A stretch of DNA of 64,000 nt from a virus, in IMG/VR virus record IMGVR_UViG_3300035670_000022, positions 64,001 to 128,000 of that record, one strand, 5' to 3'. The notes beneath the pieces were generated by a model. That model was not told the origin of the DNA and ran no database searches. It saw only the letters and a list, made by a program, of their open reading frames with translations. This document shows, in pieces, positions 60,221 to 64,000 of the stretch; positions within the stretch are counted from its first letter, which is position 1, and every line of letters begins with the position of its first letter. The translations under genes were made by a program, and so were the position numbers.

Positions 60221-63133
60221 ATGGTTAATTTCTACCCTTCTGTGTCTTTTAGCACGAAGGTCATCGCGCCTCAACCACGTGCTTTACCTTGGCGCAGCAC
60301 TATCGGCGTGGTTGGTGAGTTTTCCCGAGGACCTGTGGGTGCTCGTCGTATTAATGCTGATGATATTCGTACTGTCTACGGCTACGATGCTAGTTCCGGC
60401 GCTGTTGCTGCTATCCAAGCAATGACCATGGGTGCTGGTGAGTTTGTTATTAGTCGCGCTGTTGCTGGTAATACTCCGGCACGGACTTCGATCTTGTTAG
60501 GTTCTAAGAATCCTACTAACGTTCCTGGTGCTGTCGGCTTAAAGTTGTCTTCGCCTGTCGACTTAAATCCCATCACTGATAATGAGAATTACACCATTGG
60601 CTTGACCCTTGATGTTAACTATGTTGGTGAACCGTTAGTAAGTCGTACTCTGTATGAAACGGTTTCGACTAAAGCGACTCGCATCAATCATACTAACTTT
60701 GTCAACGAACAGGCTAATCTGTACATTTTTGCCACCAACTTTAAACAAGGTGGCACTACGGTTCGACAACAGGATGCGGCTCATTCTTTGACCCTCAACG
60801 TGTCTGCGGGCGCGGTTGGAGATCACCAGATTATCACTATTCCAGTAACAGATAGTGTCACTAATGAGATTGACGAAGAAGCGCCGAATATTAAACCTGG
60901 CTATATCTTTGAGCGGGCTGAAGATGTCGGCAACTCTCTAAGTCTTGTTCGGCTTCTTATTCTTTCTACTCCCTACAAAGTCAATGACAATGAGTGGGGT
61001 GTGTTGGTTGAGAACCTTACTGAGACTCTTAGTGAAGACGCAGTTCTTGACTTTAAGATTAAAGACCCTCCGGAAAGTTACTACATTTTTGGGTATAATC
61101 TCCAAACCACTAGCGGTCGCGGACTTGTCCCTGAAACTGTTGGTGCTTACTACTTCTTAAAACCCAACGAAATCTACGATGACGGTTACAACGAGAACAC
61201 TGTTCACTCCTACTTTGCTGTTAAAGCAATGAGTTCTGGAGTTGACATTCCGTTTAAGTATGATGTTTCTTTGCTTAGCACTATTTCTGCTAAGACTGCT
61301 CTGTTGCGTGAAGATTTTGGTAGTACTGCTGACGAAGGCATCCATATGGTTTTTGGTGAACCCATCAGTGATGGATCTCCTGGTCATATCCGAGTGGCAC
61401 TTAAAGGGGCCTTTGTTATTCCTTTTGCTGTTGGTAGTGCCACAGCGGGTAGCACCAGTGCCAGCAGCTCTCTGGCTTTTAAAGTCGGCACAAGTTTTGC
61501 TGACTGTCTTAAAGAGTTACGGACGGCAATCTACTCTGAGATTGTTCTTAGTTCCTTAATCTCGGAAGCTGAAGTCACCTCTTCTGTTTATCCTTACTCT
61601 TTAACCCTAGAGACGGCAGTAGAGGGATCCTCTGCTAATCGCATTCAGTATCGTGTTGTTCGGCACTTTGCTGGGGTAGAGGGTAGTGTAGAAGACGCAT
61701 TCGTGCGTATTGAAGCCACCACTTTTGACACAACTGAGTTTAATACCTATAAGAACTTTAAGGGTGCGTACAGTGGACCTGTCGGCGGCTATCGTGAGTT
61801 TTATAGCTTAGATGGAACGCCTATCATTCGTGTAACGGCGGTTAGCCCTGGGGTTCAAAACCTGCGGGTTAGTCTTCAAACGAGTCCGATGTCCTCTGAC
61901 GAGAATCCTTTGATGATTCTAAATGTGTCTGCCACTCAAGATGGCAACGTGCTTTTAGAATCAGGTCAAATCCGCATGGATGCTATTGACGCAACAAGTG
62001 GTCTATTCATCAATACTGGGTTGACCGCTGTCAATGTCTTCTTCATGCCTTTGATTGAGCCTGCCGGTGGTACTATCAACCCCTCTCTTTACTCTTTCTT
62101 ACCTTTACGTACAGCTCCTCCGTTAGGCGCTATCTCGTCTGACTTAAATACTGGTGCTACTGCTGTTTCTTCTGCCGGCACTTCCGTTCTTCAGAATCTA
62201 CCTCTAATTGAGGCTCGGGACTCTGTTGCTTCTGATGAAGAGTCGCTACTAGAAATCCGCAAGCATGCCTATTTACAGGCTGTTAAGGCACTGGCAAGTG
62301 AAGACATTGCGTTCTTAATCATCGCTGGTTTACCTTACGGTAACTCCGTCTATAAGGAAGTGTTTGATGAAGCCTTTGATCAGGCTAAACGGGCAACTAC
62401 TGAAGTTGGACTGCGTCAGGTATTTGTTGAGGCTCCCTACAATATGTCGCCCCGACAAGCTAACTTCTTGAGTGCTTCTGTCCGTAGTGAGTTGGTCACG
62501 ATTGTAAACGGGCATATCACTATGGGTTTAGGCAACGGAACCTATGCCTCTCGGGTCGGATTAACGGGTTACTACGCTGGTATTCTTTCCAGTCGTCCTC
62601 CCCATATTGCTCCCCATGCTAATTATGGTGGTCAATACTTGCGTGAGGTTCTTAACTCTACTGCTAAGTCGGATCCGGATAGCAAAAACTTCTACTCTTT
62701 GGGTCGCGTCGAGTCTTTGCACTTTGATCGGGGTCTTAATCGCTGGAAGTTTCTTAACGGGTTGACTACTTCTAATGATCCGACTCAACGCTACGTGTCT
62801 GTTGTTCGTTTACGACTACAGATCATGAGTGATCTTCAAAACTATCTACAGTGGGTTCTCTCCCAGCCAAACACGAGAGCACTCCAAAGAAAAGTAGAAA
62901 CAGCAGCGGCTACCTATATGGATACTCGTCTGCAAGAAGGCTGGCTTTTACGGTTGGGACCCGTTGTTTGTAACGAGACCAACAACTCAGAACGTGATAT
63001 GGCCCAAGGCAAACTCTTCCTTGAGATTAGTTATGTACCTATTGTTCCCGCAGACTTTATCTTCGTGAACATCACCGAGGACTACACTCTTCTCGACAAC
63101 TTAGAGTTCAACACCTTACCCGCCCGTTCTTAG
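60221..63133 (+). CDS. Tail sheath protein
   Basis: N-terminal GVVGEFSRGP; C-terminal RYVSVVRL, CNETNNS, ISYVPIVPADFI. Confidence 0.9.
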   Translation: MVNFYPSVSFSTKVIAPQPRALPWRSTIGVVGEFSRGPVGARRINADDIRTVYGYDASSGAVAAIQAMTMGAGEFVISRAVAGNTPARTSILLGSKNPTNVPGAVGLKLSSPVDLNPITDNENYTIGLTLDVNYVGEPLVSRTLYETVSTKATRINHTNFVNEQANLYIFATNFKQGGTTVRQQDAAHSLTLNVSAGAVGDHQIITIPVTDSVTNEIDEEAPNIKPGYIFERAEDVGNSLSLVRLLILSTPYKVNDNEWGVLVENLTETLSEDAVLDFKIKDPPESYYIFGYNLQTTSGRGLVPETVGAYYFLKPNEIYDDGYNENTVHSYFAVKAMSSGVDIPFKYDVSLLSTISAKTALLREDFGSTADEGIHMVFGEPISDGSPGHIRVALKGAFVIPFAVGSATAGSTSASSSLAFKVGTSFADCLKELRTAIYSEIVLSSLISEAEVTSSVYPYSLTLETAVEGSSANRIQYRVVRHFAGVEGSVEDAFVRIEATTFDTTEFNTYKNFKGAYSGPVGGYREFYSLDGTPIIRVTAVSPGVQNLRVSLQTSPMSSDENPLMILNVSATQDGNVLLESGQIRMDAIDATSGLFINTGLTAVNVFFMPLIEPAGGTINPSLYSFLPLRTAPPLGAISSDLNTGATAVSSAGTSVLQNLPLIEARDSVASDEESLLEIRKHAYLQAVKALASEDIAFLIIAGLPYGNSVYKEVFDEAFDQAKRATTEVGLRQVFVEAPYNMSPRQANFLSASVRSELVTIVNGHITMGLGNGTYASRVGLTGYYAGILSSRPPHIAPHANYGGQYLREVLNSTAKSDPDSKNFYSLGRVESLHFDRGLNRWKFLNGLTTSNDPTQRYVSVVRLRLQIMSDLQNYLQWVLSQPNTRALQRKVETAAATYMDTRLQEGWLLRLGPVVCNETNNSERDMAQGKLFLEISYVPIVPADFIFVNITEDYTLLDNLEFNTLPARS

Positions 63134-63190
63134 GTTGAAAGCAAGGGTGCCGCAGCACCCTTAGCATCTATATTACTTTGGTGATCTCTT

Positions 63191-63991
63191 ATGGCTATTG
63201 CATCTAATTTGACAGGTAACTCTGTTAATAACGGACGTCGTACTCCGTTTCAGGGTTTTGATGTATCTATCTATGTACAAGACCAAGCCACTGGCACTTT
63301 AATTCCGTTTGGCGAATTTACCGGGTTTCAACACGTTGTTCGTAACGCGTCTGAACCCTATCTTCCTTTGGGCAACCGCACCATGAACATTCTTGATGGG
63401 GAGTTTCAGATTGGTTGGGTTGCTGAGCAAGGCAAGATTAATCTGGAAGCTATGCGCCACGTTTTTGGTTTTTCTGTTATTGGTCCTGTGGTTCGCTTAG
63501 GGCGCTCGCCTCGGTTCCAGATCGTTGTTGAGTATAACGCTCCTGACTTAGAAGAAAAGCCTAACCAGAACAACCAGTTCTTGTATAACGATCTTTATGC
63601 TAACTCTTTGAATCCGACTCGTAACACTTATGGAGATGATGAAACGGAACCTACTGCAGAACAACTTACGAGTGTGCTAGAGTTAACTACTCAGGTATCC
63701 AATCGTGTAACGGCTGGTCGATACGTTTTTGGTTACTGCAAGATTGATGCGTTTACCACCGGTATTATGGCTGGACGGACGGCGGTTGCAGACCGAATTG
63801 AAGGGTTAGCCGAGACTTGGTATTGGCGTCCGTTTACTGGCGGTGAGACCCCTGTTTCCAAGAAAATTGTTTTGGATAATGAGGCGAACCAAAAATCTTA
63901 CTTTAAAGGTTCGGCGGGATTCACGCCGCTTCAAATTCCGGCTTGGGCATACGAGTCTTCAGGGACAGTTTATAAAGCTTCTGGCACATAA
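63191..63991 (+). CDS. Tail tube protein
   Basis: Directly follows the sheath; GEFTG...YLPLG pattern. Confidence 0.65.
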   Translation: MAIASNLTGNSVNNGRRTPFQGFDVSIYVQDQATGTLIPFGEFTGFQHVVRNASEPYLPLGNRTMNILDGEFQIGWVAEQGKINLEAMRHVFGFSVIGPVVRLGRSPRFQIVVEYNAPDLEEKPNQNNQFLYNDLYANSLNPTRNTYGDDETEPTAEQLTSVLELTTQVSNRVTAGRYVFGYCKIDAFTTGIMAGRTAVADRIEGLAETWYWRPFTGGETPVSKKIVLDNEANQKSYFKGSAGFTPLQIPAWAYESSGTVYKASGT

Positions 63992-64000
63992 TTCTGTTCT

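Noticed and set aside
48983-63991. Tailocin or eCIS rather than phage
   Set aside because: Portal, prohead protease and capsid genes are present
1-64000. Alternative genetic code
   Set aside because: Very long ORFs are intact in the standard code and all three stops end genes

Overview
This 64-kb window is part of a large tailed-phage genome with a contractile tail. A cyanobacterial host is weakly suggested by protein family content. No rRNA, tRNA or CRISPR array was seen. The left half (1-29 kb) is almost all minus strand and looks early/middle: PIN-PhoH, HU, RNase H-like, small genes, a protein kinase, an amidoligase and a 4182-aa polyprotein. The right half is morphogenesis: Dps, PAAR, baseplate-like genes, a 3989-aa protein, a tail chaperone with a lambda-type frameshift site, portal, dUTPase, Mu-like protease, major capsid, sheath and tube. 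The most striking inference is a phage-encoded transcription cascade with two giant single-chain double-psi-barrel RNA polymerase candidates. (i) The 3989-aa protein is probably virion-packaged or tape-measure-like and has tandem PLD motifs and NRQGAP...GDYDGD. (ii) The 4182-aa early protein has NRAP...GGDDDGD, fused to SLOG, NADAR, AlkB, DUF4326 and Pif1-like helicase domains. Two distinct cis-element classes match this: eight GC hairpin/TTTT cassettes in front of the 24-29 kb genes, and 15 same-strand copies of AACAGAGAAGAGTR. One copy of the latter sits in front of a ~1.2-kb, densely structured, apparently non-coding region (7560-8737), a candidate large ncRNA. A 17-bp palindrome also recurs four times. 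All protein calls come from motif recognition by eye, not database searches.
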